Of a DNA stretch of 64,000 nt, positions 10,274-20,191 are shown in pieces. Position 1 is the first letter of the stretch. The number at the start of each line of letters is the position of its first letter. The stretch spans positions 256,001 to 320,000 of the forward strand of contig CAVQRZ010000001.1 in assembly GCA_963715335.1 (NCBI GenBank), written 5' to 3'. This stretch comes from an uncultured delta proteobacterium. Its GTDB lineage: Bacteria; Desulfobacterota; Desulfuromonadia; Desulfuromonadales; BM103. The notes below the pieces were generated by a model, which had not been told where the DNA came from, ran no database searches, and saw only the letters and a list, made by a program, of their open reading frames with translations. Position numbers and translations under genes: made by a program.

Positions 10274-11554
10274 ATGCGCATTGAAATCAGTTACAAATTT
10301 ATTATCGGCTTTATTGTCGTGGTCGTATCAGGGATCCTCGTCAATCTCGCGGTTCCCTATATCGAGGGGATAGAACCTGAATTCCGGCAGGTCTTTTCGA
10401 TTTTCTGTTCATTGGTGGTCGGCCTGATCATCGGCTCGGTATTCTCCCGCGTATTCTCCAACAACATCCGCGGCTTGACTGCGGCCGGAGACCGGATCAG
10501 CCAGGGAGACCTGTCCGAGGATGTCGAACTCAAAGGCAGGAGATTCCCGGACGAGACCAGTGACCTGGCCGAGGCCATGAACCAGTTCCAGGGAAGCTTG
10601 CGCAACCTGGTCGGGGACATCCGCAACATTGCTTTCCGCGTTGCCAGTTCGGCGCAGAATCTTTCCGGGACATCCCTGGAAATGTCGGCCTCCGCCCAGG
10701 AAGTCGCCAGGGCCACCGACCAGATCAGCAAAGGCGCCGAGACCCAGGCCGAGATGGTCGAAGAGTCAACCCGCCTGTTCAAGGAAGTAGCGGTCTCGAT
10801 TAAACTGGTGGCCAGTTCGGCCAAGATGGTGGCCAACTCGGCCGACCAGACTCTGGAAACCGCACGCAGCGGCAACGACATGGCCGGTTCCAGCCTCGAT
10901 AGTATCCGCCAGGTCCTGACCGAGGCAGAGAGCAGCGGCAAGCAGATGGTCAACTTCGTCGCCCAGCTGCAGAAAGTCAGCAAGTTCGTTGAGGTCATCA
11001 ACGGCATTGCCCAGAAAACCAACCTGCTCGCCTTGAATGCAACCATCGAGGCCGCCCGGGCCGGTGAATACGGGCACGGCTTCGCCGTAGTTGCCGAAGA
11101 GATCCGCAAGCTCGCTGACTCAACAACGACCTCGGCCGGCGAAATCACCAGCCTGGTGGAATCGATCCGCGAGGAAGGACAACAGGTCCAGTCTTCGATG
11201 GCACAAGTGATCGAAGAGATGGAGAGCGGCCGCGAAGCGGCCGATCGCACCAACCAGGCCTTTTCGGAAATTACCCGGAACGCCGAGGGAACCCGCGCCA
11301 AGGCCAGCAGTATCGCCGAACTGGCGGAGCAGCAGATCAGTAGCGCCGAACGAATTACCCGGGCAATCGATGAAATCGACAAGGTCGTATCCGACAACGC
11401 CGCCGCTACCGAGCAGGTTTCCGCGGCGACTCAGGAGCAGTCTGCCGCCATGGAGGAGATGGCTCATTCCGCCCAAGAGCTTTCCAACATGTCCGAATCA
11501 ATGCTCAAGATCGTCAAGCAATTCAAACTGGTCAAAGCAGAAGAGCAAGATTGA
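10274..11554 (+). CDS. Methyl-accepting chemotaxis protein, 2 TM + HAMP, no periplasmic sensor (DifA-like)
   Basis: Two adjacent TM helices, [37 protein letters not shown]. Confidence 0.93.
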   Translation: MRIEISYKFIIGFIVVVVSGILVNLAVPYIEGIEPEFRQVFSIFCSLVVGLIIGSVFSRVFSNNIRGLTAAGDRISQGDLSEDVELKGRRFPDETSDLAEAMNQFQGSLRNLVGDIRNIAFRVASSAQNLSGTSLEMSASAQEVARATDQISKGAETQAEMVEESTRLFKEVAVSIKLVASSAKMVANSADQTLETARSGNDMAGSSLDSIRQVLTEAESSGKQMVNFVAQLQKVSKFVEVINGIAQKTNLLALNATIEAARAGEYGHGFAVVAEEIRKLADSTTTSAGEITSLVESIREEGQQVQSSMAQVIEEMESGREAADRTNQAFSEITRNAEGTRAKASSIAELAEQQISSAERITRAIDEIDKVVSDNAAATEQVSAATQEQSAAMEEMAHSAQELSNMSESMLKIVKQFKLVKAEEQD

Positions 11555-11558
11555 CCCC

Positions 11559-11981
11559 ATGGCCCTGGTCCTGATTTACAAACTTGGCGACAACCGCTAC
11601 GGCCTTGAGATTGATGCCATCCAGGAGATCGTCGAGGAGCCGGTTTTGCACTACGTCCCGCGCGCCAAGGGGGTCCTTACCGGAGCCATTAATTTCCACG
11701 GCCAGATCCTCGCGGTTATCGATCTGCCGGCACTGTTGGGGTTTGCCGGGGGCCGGCACGACTATCGCCACCTGGTCCTGACCCCCGAGCACAAAGCTCT
11801 GGTGCTCACAATCAGTGGCGTTGAACGGATTGTCAACCTTGAGATGGAACTTCTTCAGCCACCTCCGGAAGATGATGCTTGCCCCGCCGTGCGAGGGGTA
11901 ATTGATCTCGACGAGACGACAATCAACCTGCTTGACACCGATCAAGTAATCAAACAACTTGAAGAGATTCTTTCTGAATAG
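11559..11981 (+). CDS. cheW: Chemotaxis coupling protein CheW
   Basis: YGLEIDAIQEIV, VPRA..VLTGAINFHGQILAVIDL. Confidence 0.88.
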   Translation: MALVLIYKLGDNRYGLEIDAIQEIVEEPVLHYVPRAKGVLTGAINFHGQILAVIDLPALLGFAGGRHDYRHLVLTPEHKALVLTISGVERIVNLEMELLQPPPEDDACPAVRGVIDLDETTINLLDTDQVIKQLEEILSE

Positions 11982-11990
11982 GAGGCAAAC

Positions 11991-12359
11991 ATGGCTTTAC
12001 GGGTGATGGTTGTCGATGACGCCATTTTCATGCGCAACATGCTCAAGGACATTTTCGTCCGTAACGGCTACGAGGTCGTCGCCGAAGCGGACAACGGTGA
12101 AACCGCCCCGCAGCTTTACCAGGACACCAAGCCAGACCTGGTAACCATGGACATCGTCATGCCGAAGAAGAGCGGTATTGAGGCGTTGCAGGAAATTATG
12201 GAAGACGACCCGCAAGCCCGTGTCGTCATGGTCAGCGCGCTCGGGCAGGATTCACTGGTGCTCGAGGCCGTCGAGGCCGGCGCCAGAGATTTTATCGTCA
12301 AGCCTTTCAAGGAAGAGAAGGTTCTCGAAACCGTCAGGCGGGTTACCGGACAGGATTGA
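11991..12359 (+). CDS. cheY: Chemotaxis response regulator CheY (DifD-like)
   Basis: Single REC domain: VVDD, PDLVTMDIVMP, DFIVKPF. Confidence 0.92.
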   Translation: MALRVMVVDDAIFMRNMLKDIFVRNGYEVVAEADNGETAPQLYQDTKPDLVTMDIVMPKKSGIEALQEIMEDDPQARVVMVSALGQDSLVLEAVEAGARDFIVKPFKEEKVLETVRRVTGQD

Positions 12360-12377
12360 CAGGAACCGGGACTGACT

Positions 12378-14243
12378 ATGGACATGTCCAAATACCGGGA
12401 GCTTTTCCTTAGCGAAACCCGGGAACATATCAACAACCTGAATCAGCTGGTCGTCACCCTTGAACAGGAGCCAGGCAACCGGCAGACGATTGATGCCCTG
12501 TTTCGCGAAGCACATTCGATCAAGGGAATGGCTGCAACCATGGGTTTCGATTGCACCGCCCGGCTGTCGCACCGCCTTGAGGATCTGCTCGACGGATTCC
12601 GTGCTTCCGGCGACGTTCCTTCGGCGATAGTCGATTACCTGCTCGAAGGCATTGACCTCCTCGATGGGCTGCTGGACGACCTGCAGGCAGGTCGATCAGA
12701 GCGCAGCACCGAAGAGTTTTTGGCCAAACAGCCGATTGCTGCCGCAGACCGGAGCGAAGAAGGGGCGGGGCGGGCTGTGGTCGGGGCCGCCAGCGAGCGG
12801 GTGGAAGAACCCGAGACATTCCAGGTCCTGGTCGAACTGGAAAAAGATACTCCGGCCGCGGCCGCTCGCGGCATACTGATCCTGCGAGAGTTGGAGAAGA
12901 CCGGCAAGCTGAAAACCAGTAAGCCGGACATGGGCGAATTACGCAAGGGGGCCCCTTGCGAGCAGATCCAGGCCTGGTTGAGCTCCATTCTGGACAAAGA
13001 ACAGATTAAGGCCAATTTGCTTAAAATCAGCGGAGTGGCCAAAGTCCAGTTTGTTGAGGATCGGCGCAATGACGAGCGACGGCATCGCAACGCAGGGGAC
13101 CGTACGATTCGGGTGCGCACTGACCTGCTTGATCAGTTTGTCAACCTGACCGGTGAATTGATCACTCACCGCAACATGCTGAAAATGGCGAGCGACAGAC
13201 GTGACTGGGATAAGCTGAACACGGCACTCGACCGGGCCGGAAGACTGATCAGCGACCTGCACCACAACGTTCTCCAGGTCCGCCTGATGCCATTGCAAAG
13301 TATCACCGGACGCCTGCCGCGCATCGTTCGCGACCTGAGCCGGAAATCCGGCAAACAGGTCACCCTGCTGCTCAGCGGCACCGATGTCGGAATCGACCGC
13401 GTCATTCTTGAAGAAATCACCGATCCTCTGATCCACCTGGTACGCAACGCGGTGGACCACGGCATCGAAGAAACTGGAATCGTCACCGTCTCCGCCCGCC
13501 GTGAAAAAGGGTTGATCCTGGTCGAAGTTGCAGACGACGGCAAGGGAATGGACCCGCAAACCTTGCGTCGGAAAGCTGTTGATCGCGGCGTGATCAGCCA
13601 GGCCCAGGCTGACAGCATGAGTGACCGAGATGCCCTGATGTTGGTCTGCAAGCCAGGGTTCTCAACCGCTGAAGAAGTAACCGAAACCTCCGGTCGCGGC
13701 GTGGGCATGGATGTGGTCAAGGCGGCTGTTCGCAATCTTGGCGGCACTTTGGATATCGTTTCCGAAACCGGTGCGGGCACCCGATTCCAGCTGCGCCTGC
13801 CACTATCGATTGCGATCATCAAGATCCTGCTGGTCAGTTGCGCAGGCCGCACCCTGGCCATTCCGATCACCCGTGTCCAGAGAACCCTCGATCTGCCAAC
13901 CTCAGAGATAGAAACCTCAGGACAACACCGCGTGTTTCATCTCGATGATGAAGAGCTTTACCTCTATTCCCTGGCAGAGATGCTCGACCTGCCGCAGGCC
14001 GCAGCCGGCGAAACCACCTGGACGATCCTCACTGAAGTTCGCGGCAGGCGAATCGGATTGCAGGTGGATGCCTTCCTCGGCCAGCGGGACGCCTTTATCA
14101 AACCGACCGGGTTCCCCCTCAACTTTTTAACCGGGCTGAGCGGTGCAACCGTGGAGGGCGACGGCCGCGTCACTTTTGTGGTCGACACCCAGTCCTTGCT
14201 GGAAAAGCAGCAAATGCCGACCAATCCAGACCGGAGGAATTGA
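12378..14243 (+). CDS. cheA: Chemotaxis histidine kinase CheA
   Basis: Hpt FREAHSIKGMA, HLVRNAVDHGIE, SGRGVGMDVV, C-terminal CheW domain. Confidence 0.96.
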   Translation: MDMSKYRELFLSETREHINNLNQLVVTLEQEPGNRQTIDALFREAHSIKGMAATMGFDCTARLSHRLEDLLDGFRASGDVPSAIVDYLLEGIDLLDGLLDDLQAGRSERSTEEFLAKQPIAAADRSEEGAGRAVVGAASERVEEPETFQVLVELEKDTPAAAARGILILRELEKTGKLKTSKPDMGELRKGAPCEQIQAWLSSILDKEQIKANLLKISGVAKVQFVEDRRNDERRHRNAGDRTIRVRTDLLDQFVNLTGELITHRNMLKMASDRRDWDKLNTALDRAGRLISDLHHNVLQVRLMPLQSITGRLPRIVRDLSRKSGKQVTLLLSGTDVGIDRVILEEITDPLIHLVRNAVDHGIEETGIVTVSARREKGLILVEVADDGKGMDPQTLRRKAVDRGVISQAQADSMSDRDALMLVCKPGFSTAEEVTETSGRGVGMDVVKAAVRNLGGTLDIVSETGAGTRFQLRLPLSIAIIKILLVSCAGRTLAIPITRVQRTLDLPTSEIETSGQHRVFHLDDEELYLYSLAEMLDLPQAAAGETTWTILTEVRGRRIGLQVDAFLGQRDAFIKPTGFPLNFLTGLSGATVEGDGRVTFVVDTQSLLEKQQMPTNPDRRN

Positions 14244-14863
14244 TGCCCTTTCGTACACTGAACAACGTCCAGATGGATGTCTTGAAGGAACTCAGCAACA
14301 TCGGCATGGGGCATGCCGCGACGGCTTTGTCGCAGATGATCGGCCAGCCCGTACAGCTACGGGTTCCGCACGTTACGATTACCGAAATCAGCCAGGTTCC
14401 TGACTACCTCGGCGGAGCCGAGAAGATGATGGTCGGCATCACCTTGCAGATCCTCGGTGATGCTCGAGGCAGCATCATGCTGCTCTTTCCCCAGGAAAGC
14501 GCCCATCGGCTCCTCTGTAAACTGCTCGGGGACCAGGGCAAGATTCTGATCATGAACGAACTGACGATTTCCACCCTGAAAGAGGTCGGCAACATCCTCG
14601 CGTCTGCCTACCTCAGCGCACTCGGCAACCTGCTGCACAAAACGCTGATACCCTCGGTCCCCCTGCTTGCATATGATATGGCAGGCGCGGTCGTAGACTA
14701 TATCTTGATCGATCTGAGTAAATCCAGTGACCTGGCTATGCTCGTGGAAACCGATTTTACCGGTAAGTCGCCCCAAGACCTGGCCATCAAGGGGCACTTT
14801 TTCTTGATTCCTGATCCGTCGACGCTTGATTTATTCCTCGATGCGGCCGGAGAATATAAATGA
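14243..14863 (+). CDS. cheC: CheY-P phosphatase CheC (DifG-like)
   Basis: Two repeats of E-x2-N (KELSNIGMG, KEVGNIL). Confidence 0.92.
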   Translation: MPFRTLNNVQMDVLKELSNIGMGHAATALSQMIGQPVQLRVPHVTITEISQVPDYLGGAEKMMVGITLQILGDARGSIMLLFPQESAHRLLCKLLGDQGKILIMNELTISTLKEVGNILASAYLSALGNLLHKTLIPSVPLLAYDMAGAVVDYILIDLSKSSDLAMLVETDFTGKSPQDLAIKGHFFLIPDPSTLDLFLDAAGEYK

Positions 14864-15342
14864 GTGAGCACGTCAGCATCGCCCAGGCCAGAATCGACCG
14901 GGCGCCGATGGTACTAAAGGCTTACGGGCTCGGTTCCTGTGTCGCCGTTGGTCTGTATGACCCGAAAACCAGACTCGGTGGTATGGGCCACATGCTCCTG
15001 CCCGACCGGCCGACCAGTGGATCTCTCGGCTCAGAGAACAAGTATGTCGACGCCGGGATTTACCATATCGTTGACGAGCTGGTACGGGCCGGCGCGAACC
15101 GGGACACGCTGGTCGCAAAAATCGCCGGCGGGGCCAACATGTTTGAGACTTCCTACCAGACGTTGATCAACAGCGTCGGCGCACGCAACGCCAAAAGCGC
15201 CCGCCGGACACTCAACCTCCTGGGCATCCCGATACTGGGCGAAGAAGTCGGCGGCAACCGCGGACGCACCGTTGAGTTTGACCTTGCCACTGGTAAAATG
15301 TTGGTTTACTCTGCCCATACTGAAGAACCTTTATCCCTGTAG
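14860..15342 (+). CDS. cheD: Chemoreceptor glutamine deamidase CheD
   Basis: GLGSCVAV, GHMLLP, AKIAGGANMF, VGGNRGRT. Confidence 0.93.
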   Translation: MSEHVSIAQARIDRAPMVLKAYGLGSCVAVGLYDPKTRLGGMGHMLLPDRPTSGSLGSENKYVDAGIYHIVDELVRAGANRDTLVAKIAGGANMFETSYQTLINSVGARNAKSARRTLNLLGIPILGEEVGGNRGRTVEFDLATGKMLVYSAHTEEPLSL

Positions 15343-15367
15343 ATGCTTAATTCCAAAGGAATCCCGC

Positions 15368-16159
15368 ATGATAAAAAAGGGCCTTATAACCGTTCTCTGC
15401 CTCGGTATCGGCTTGGCGGTCACGGTGCCTTCTGCCTGGGCAATCGCCCTCAGCGACGTCATCAACACCCTGGAGACCCCCTTCCAGTCCGGAACCGCTG
15501 CCGAGTACCGGATTTTTGATTATTCGGCCAACTTTTTCCAGGAATCGAAAATCGCTTCACTGGATCGACGGCAGCGGGCCAATGGCCGCTTAGAGGTCGC
15601 CTTCGACTACCAGGCCGCGCAGAAGGGGCGAACCGTCCCGACTGTCAAGTTCCACTGGCAATATGACTCCCCCACCACTCAGAGAATCGTCTCTGACGGT
15701 GTAACCATGTGGGTTTACCTGCCGGAGAACAGCCAGGTCATCCAGTCGGATATCGAGCAGATCAATCAGGCCGACCAGAACGACCCGATGGCTTTTCTCA
15801 CCGGTCTCGGCAACCTGTCCCGCGACTTTACGATCGCCTGGGCTACGCCGGACCAGGATGACGATGGCAATTACGTGCTGGTAATGACCCCGCGCCGCGC
15901 CTCCCCGCTGATCAACAAACTGGTTATCGTCGTCGACCATTACGCTGTGGAAAGATACCTGAACCGCAGGGCGGAGAGACCAGGAGACCTTTGGTTCCCG
16001 ATCCGGTCAACCACGGTCTACGATCCGAGCGGCAACAGCACCATCATTGAATTCAGCAACCTGCACGTCAATCAGGGCATTCCCGATGCGACCTTTGTTT
16101 TTATCATGCCGGCAGGCGTCCAGGTGGTTCGACCGACCGGCAAGGAGACGGGTTACTGA
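15368..16159 (+). CDS. lolA: Outer membrane lipoprotein carrier protein LolA family
   Basis: Signal peptide; ANFFQE, FHWQYDSP..QRIVSDGVTMWVYLPENSQV. Confidence 0.85.
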   Translation: MIKKGLITVLCLGIGLAVTVPSAWAIALSDVINTLETPFQSGTAAEYRIFDYSANFFQESKIASLDRRQRANGRLEVAFDYQAAQKGRTVPTVKFHWQYDSPTTQRIVSDGVTMWVYLPENSQVIQSDIEQINQADQNDPMAFLTGLGNLSRDFTIAWATPDQDDDGNYVLVMTPRRASPLINKLVIVVDHYAVERYLNRRAERPGDLWFPIRSTTVYDPSGNSTIIEFSNLHVNQGIPDATFVFIMPAGVQVVRPTGKETGY

Positions 16160-16226
16160 CCGGTACCCCTTGCCGATCGACTGCTATCTCTTGACCTGTT
16201 TCCAGAGGAGGAGACAAGTGAACCCA

Positions 16227-16263
16227 GAACAAGCCATCCAGTCGAACAACGGATGGCTTGTTC
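16227..16263. repeat. 13-bp perfect inverted repeat (possible terminator)
   Basis: GAACAAGCCATCC-N11-GGATGGCTTGTTC. Confidence 0.75.
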
Positions 16264-16320
16264 CGTTGTTGCCCTCTGGCACGAAGAATCCCGGATATCA
16301 AGAATCATGAAAAGTGAGCC

Positions 16321-17319
16321 ATGAATCTGCAACCGTTCCCGAAGGCCCCGCTCGGGTTTTTCCCGACGCCAATTGTTGAACTCCCGAGGCTGAGTCGGAT
16401 TATCGGCGGTCCGGCCATCTCTATGAAGAGAGATGACCAGGCCGGCCTGGCTTTCGGTGGCAACAAAACCAGGAAGCTCGAGTATCTGCTGGGTGACGCG
16501 ATCGCCAGCGGTTGCGATACGATTATTACGGCCGGGGCGGCACAATCGAACCACTGCCGGCAGACGGCTGCGGCCGCGGCGCAGCTGGGCATGGAGTGCC
16601 ACCTGCTCCTGGGTGGAGAAGAGCCGGGCAAACCGAGCGGCAACTTGCTGCTGGACCGGATACTCGGCTGCCAGATCCACTGGACGGGAGAAAATCGCAA
16701 GGGCGAAGATATCCCGGAGATCTTCGCGCAACTGAAAGCGGCACGCAAGCACCCGTACATTGTCCCCTATGGCGGCTCGAACGAGCTCGGAGCTCTCGCC
16801 TTCGCGGCCGCAGCTAAGGAACTGCACGAACAGCACAAAGGGCTGTCGTTTACGCACATCGTCTTTGCCTCAAGCTCCGGCGGCACCCAGGCGGGTCTGA
16901 TGCTCGGCAAGAGAATACTTGGGAAGAGCTATGACATAGTGGGCATTAGAATCGATAAAGAGGACGTCTGCCAGGGGCCTTTTGACCGACACGTATTGTC
17001 CCTTGCCAACCGCACAGCCGACCTGATTGGCTTCAGTCATGAGTTCGCAGAACGGGAACTCATCCTGAATTCCAACTACCTGGGTGAAGGCTATGGTGTA
17101 ATCGGCGCGCCGGAAAAGGAAGCCATCATGCTTACCGCCCGCAGCGAAGGGATATTGCTCGATCCCGTGTACACCGGACGGGCCATGGCAGGGATGATCG
17201 ACATGATCCGCACCGGAGAAATCGGCAGACAGGATAAGGTCCTGTTCTGGCACACCGGTGGAACTCCGGCGTTATTTGCTTATTCAGAGGAACTCGGTCA
17301 CTCGCAAAAGACCGGTTAG
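16321..17319 (+). CDS. dcyD: D-cysteine desulfhydrase family PLP enzyme
   Basis: KRDD...GGNKTRKLEYL, QSNHCR, PYGGS, LDPVYTG, HTGG. Confidence 0.85.
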   Translation: MNLQPFPKAPLGFFPTPIVELPRLSRIIGGPAISMKRDDQAGLAFGGNKTRKLEYLLGDAIASGCDTIITAGAAQSNHCRQTAAAAAQLGMECHLLLGGEEPGKPSGNLLLDRILGCQIHWTGENRKGEDIPEIFAQLKAARKHPYIVPYGGSNELGALAFAAAAKELHEQHKGLSFTHIVFASSSGGTQAGLMLGKRILGKSYDIVGIRIDKEDVCQGPFDRHVLSLANRTADLIGFSHEFAERELILNSNYLGEGYGVIGAPEKEAIMLTARSEGILLDPVYTGRAMAGMIDMIRTGEIGRQDKVLFWHTGGTPALFAYSEELGHSQKTG

Positions 17320-17387
17320 AACCCGTCGCCGGCCAGGGGTCGACCCGACCCTCGAGCCTCTCCTTAGCGCAAGGGATTGCATTTCAC

Positions 17388-17419
17388 CGCTCCGGGAGGA
17401 AAGCTTTCCTCCCGGAGCG
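17388..17419. repeat. Perfect 32-bp palindrome without spacer
   Basis: CGCTCCGGGAGGAAAG|CTTTCCTCCCGGAGCG. Confidence 0.9.
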
Positions 17420-17469
17420 AATTTGTGCTATAACTCCCCGAATCTTGGAAGAAATCCGGAGGAATCATT

Positions 17470-18807
17470 TTGCCTAAATACTCTGTCAGCCTGGTTAGCC
17501 TCGGTTGCCCTAAAAACCTGGTCGATGCCGAGGTCATGCTCGGCCACCTGCCCACCGAGCGTTTCTCAATCATCACCGATGAGAGTGCCGCTGATATCAT
17601 CGTCGTCAACACCTGCGCTTTCATCCGCGACGCCCAGGAGGAATCAGTCGAAACAATCCTCGAAGTCGCCGACTACAAGAAGAACGGTCGCTGCAAGCTG
17701 CTGATCGTCAGCGGCTGCATGCCGCAACGCTACCAGGAGGACCTGGAAAAAGAGCTTCCCGAAGTCGACTTTTTCATGGGTACCGCCGATGCGCCACGCA
17801 TCGTCGAACTGCTCGACAGACACCTTCAAGGCGGGCCGCAGCACCAGATCGGTCTGCCTGATTACCTCTATGACCACACCACGCCCAGGGTGACTTCGTC
17901 ACCCTATTATTCGGCGTATGTCAAGATCGCCGAGGGCTGTGCCAACCTCTGTTCATACTGCGTCATCCCGAGCATCCGCGGCACCCTGCGTTCGCGGACC
18001 ATTGCCTCGGTTGTGGCCGAGACAAGGCGGCTGATAGACAACGGCGTCAAGGAAATCAACCTGATCGCCCAGGATGTGACTGCATTTGGCGCCGAGCGCG
18101 GCAGCGGCCCGGAGCTGCCAGCCCTGCTGCGCGAGTTGGTCAAGATCGACGGTCTGGTCTGGCTGCGATTGCTGTATGCCTACCCGGACGGCATCACCGA
18201 TGAGCTGCTCGACCTGATCGCCGCAGAAGAAAAGCTTTGCAACTACCTCGACCTGCCGATTCAGCACATTGACGACCAGATCCTGGCGGCCATGAACCGC
18301 CGGGTCGACGAGTCCGACATCCGTTCCCTGCTGGGACGGATCCGTTCGCGCATCCCCAACATGACTCTGCGTACCTCGCTGATCGTCGGCTTCCCCGGAG
18401 AAACTGACGCCCAGTTCCGCAAATTGCTCGCCTTTGTCGAGGAAGGCCACTTTGAGCGACTCGGCGTGTTCCGGTATTCCCGCGAAGCCGGGACGCCCGC
18501 GGCAAAGCTCGACAAACAGGTGCCCGAACGCACCAAACTGGCGCGCGTCAAACGCCTGATGAAGGCCCAGTCGCGGGTCTCCTTGAAAAAGAACCTGGCA
18601 CTAAAAGGCTGTGTAGAACCGACCCTGGTGGAAGGCTACAGCGAGGAGACCGAATTGCTGTTGCGCGGCCGCAGTGTGCGCCAGGCTCCGGACGTGGACG
18701 GCCAGGTTTACATTACCGCCGGCCAGGCCAATGTCGGCGATATCGTCAACCTCAAAATCACCGACACATCCGAATACGATCTGATCGGTGAAATCTGCGA
18801 GAGCTGA
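17470..18807 (+). CDS. rimO: Ribosomal protein S12 methylthiotransferase
   Basis: [12 protein letters not shown], radical [22 protein letters not shown] region. Confidence 0.96.
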   Translation: MPKYSVSLVSLGCPKNLVDAEVMLGHLPTERFSIITDESAADIIVVNTCAFIRDAQEESVETILEVADYKKNGRCKLLIVSGCMPQRYQEDLEKELPEVDFFMGTADAPRIVELLDRHLQGGPQHQIGLPDYLYDHTTPRVTSSPYYSAYVKIAEGCANLCSYCVIPSIRGTLRSRTIASVVAETRRLIDNGVKEINLIAQDVTAFGAERGSGPELPALLRELVKIDGLVWLRLLYAYPDGITDELLDLIAAEEKLCNYLDLPIQHIDDQILAAMNRRVDESDIRSLLGRIRSRIPNMTLRTSLIVGFPGETDAQFRKLLAFVEEGHFERLGVFRYSREAGTPAAKLDKQVPERTKLARVKRLMKAQSRVSLKKNLALKGCVEPTLVEGYSEETELLLRGRSVRQAPDVDGQVYITAGQANVGDIVNLKITDTSEYDLIGEICES

Positions 18808-18809
18808 CC

Positions 18810-19808
18810 TTGCCCTGGAATCGACCTCTTATCATAGGCATCATCGTCCTCCTGCTGGCCCTGGGGTGGCTACGCACGAACTCCGGAGGGGTGGAACAGG
18901 TTCGCCGCAGCCAGCTGATGATGGGCACGGTCGTCGAAATTGTTGCCTCGGGACAGGACGCCGGCCAGCTCGAAACAGCCATTGATGAAGCCTTTGCCGA
19001 GATGGCAAGGCTTGACAGGCTGCTCAGCCGGCACAACCAGGACAGCGACGTTAGCCGCCTCTCAAAGAGCCTCAAGGGCGGCCAGGTTGCCCCGGAGACC
19101 GCTGCCGTGATCGCTCTGGGGCTCGACGTGGCCAGGCGCAGCAACGGGGCCTTCGATATGACCCTAGGTCGTTTGAAGGCCCTCTGGGGCATCGACCAGG
19201 AGAATCCGACGGTTCCGGCGCAGGCGGCCATAGCCGAGGCCATAGCAGGGATAGGGCTCCAAGCCCTCAGCCTGGACGGACTCAACCTCGTCAAACAAAA
19301 CCCGCAGCTGATGGTGGACCTCGGCGGGATCGCCAAGGGTTATATCGTCGATCGGGCGATCGTCGTGCTGAAAAAACATGGCATCACCAGCGGCGCCGTC
19401 AATGCCGGAGGCGATATGTACCTGATCGGCCGGCACCCGGAACACTCATGGCGAATCGGCATCCAGGATCCCCGTGAACAGGGCGGCATCCTGGCAACCG
19501 TAGAGGTTCATGACAAGGCCGTGGTCACTTCCGGCGATTACGAGCGCTTCTTCGAGCAGGACGGGCAACGTTATCATCACATATTCGATCCGGCAACCGG
19601 ATCGCCGGCCCGCGGCTGCCAGAGCGCCACGGTGATTACCGACAGCGCCGCTCTCGGCGATGCCCTGGCCACCGCACTGTTTGTCCTCGGCCCGGAGAAA
19701 GGCCTGGAGCTGCTCGCACAATTTCCCGGTTCGGCAGGATTGATTGTCGCTGCCGACGGCACGTTGCATCCCAGTCAGGGCTGGGCCGACTACCAGAGCT
19801 CGCCATGA
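18810..19808 (+). CDS. apbE: FAD:protein FMN transferase
   Basis: MMGT, DLGGIAKGY, NAGGD, TSGDYERFF, HHIFDP, DALATA. Confidence 0.95.
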   Translation: MPWNRPLIIGIIVLLLALGWLRTNSGGVEQVRRSQLMMGTVVEIVASGQDAGQLETAIDEAFAEMARLDRLLSRHNQDSDVSRLSKSLKGGQVAPETAAVIALGLDVARRSNGAFDMTLGRLKALWGIDQENPTVPAQAAIAEAIAGIGLQALSLDGLNLVKQNPQLMVDLGGIAKGYIVDRAIVVLKKHGITSGAVNAGGDMYLIGRHPEHSWRIGIQDPREQGGILATVEVHDKAVVTSGDYERFFEQDGQRYHHIFDPATGSPARGCQSATVITDSAALGDALATALFVLGPEKGLELLAQFPGSAGLIVAADGTLHPSQGWADYQSSP

Positions 19809-20191
19809 AAATGCCGTGGCAGGTCATGACTGGCGGGGACTGGCTGGTTGTCCTCAGCCTGCTCGGGATCGCCCTGGCAGGGATCGCCTGGCTGGCGACG
19901 GCCCCGGCAGGGACACGCGTGGTAGCGACTTGCGGCGACCAGACCTGCTTCGTCGCCGATCTCGACCAGGCCCGCTCGGTTGACCTGGATGGCCCGCTCG
20001 GCAAAACGCACCTCGTCATCGATGAAAAAGGGGCTTATGTGACCAGTTCGCCCTGCCCACGCAAAGTTTGTCTCTCCATGGGTCCGGCCAGACATTCGGG
20101 GGACCTGCTGGCCTGTGTGCCAAATCGGATCATGGTCCGAATCGAGGGCCCGTCCGGAGAGGATGTGCCTTATGACCTGCTCAGCCGTTGA
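19805..20191 (+). CDS. NusG domain II-containing membrane-anchored protein (EetA-like)
   Basis: N-terminal TM; GPLG, SPCPRKVC...LACVPNR cysteine pattern. Confidence 0.85.
   Translation: MKMPWQVMTGGDWLVVLSLLGIALAGIAWLATAPAGTRVVATCGDQTCFVADLDQARSVDLDGPLGKTHLVIDEKGAYVTSSPCPRKVCLSMGPARHSGDLLACVPNRIMVRIEGPSGEDVPYDLLSR

Noticed and set aside
16321..17319. ACC deaminase (acdS)
   Set aside because: Has DPVYTG and HTGG instead of the DPVYEG and HLGG residues diagnostic of true ACC deaminases
16222..17322. Integron attC-bounded cassette around dcyD
   Set aside because: Only fragmentary resemblance (GAACAAG..., GTTAGAA); no paired R and L boxes and no integrase
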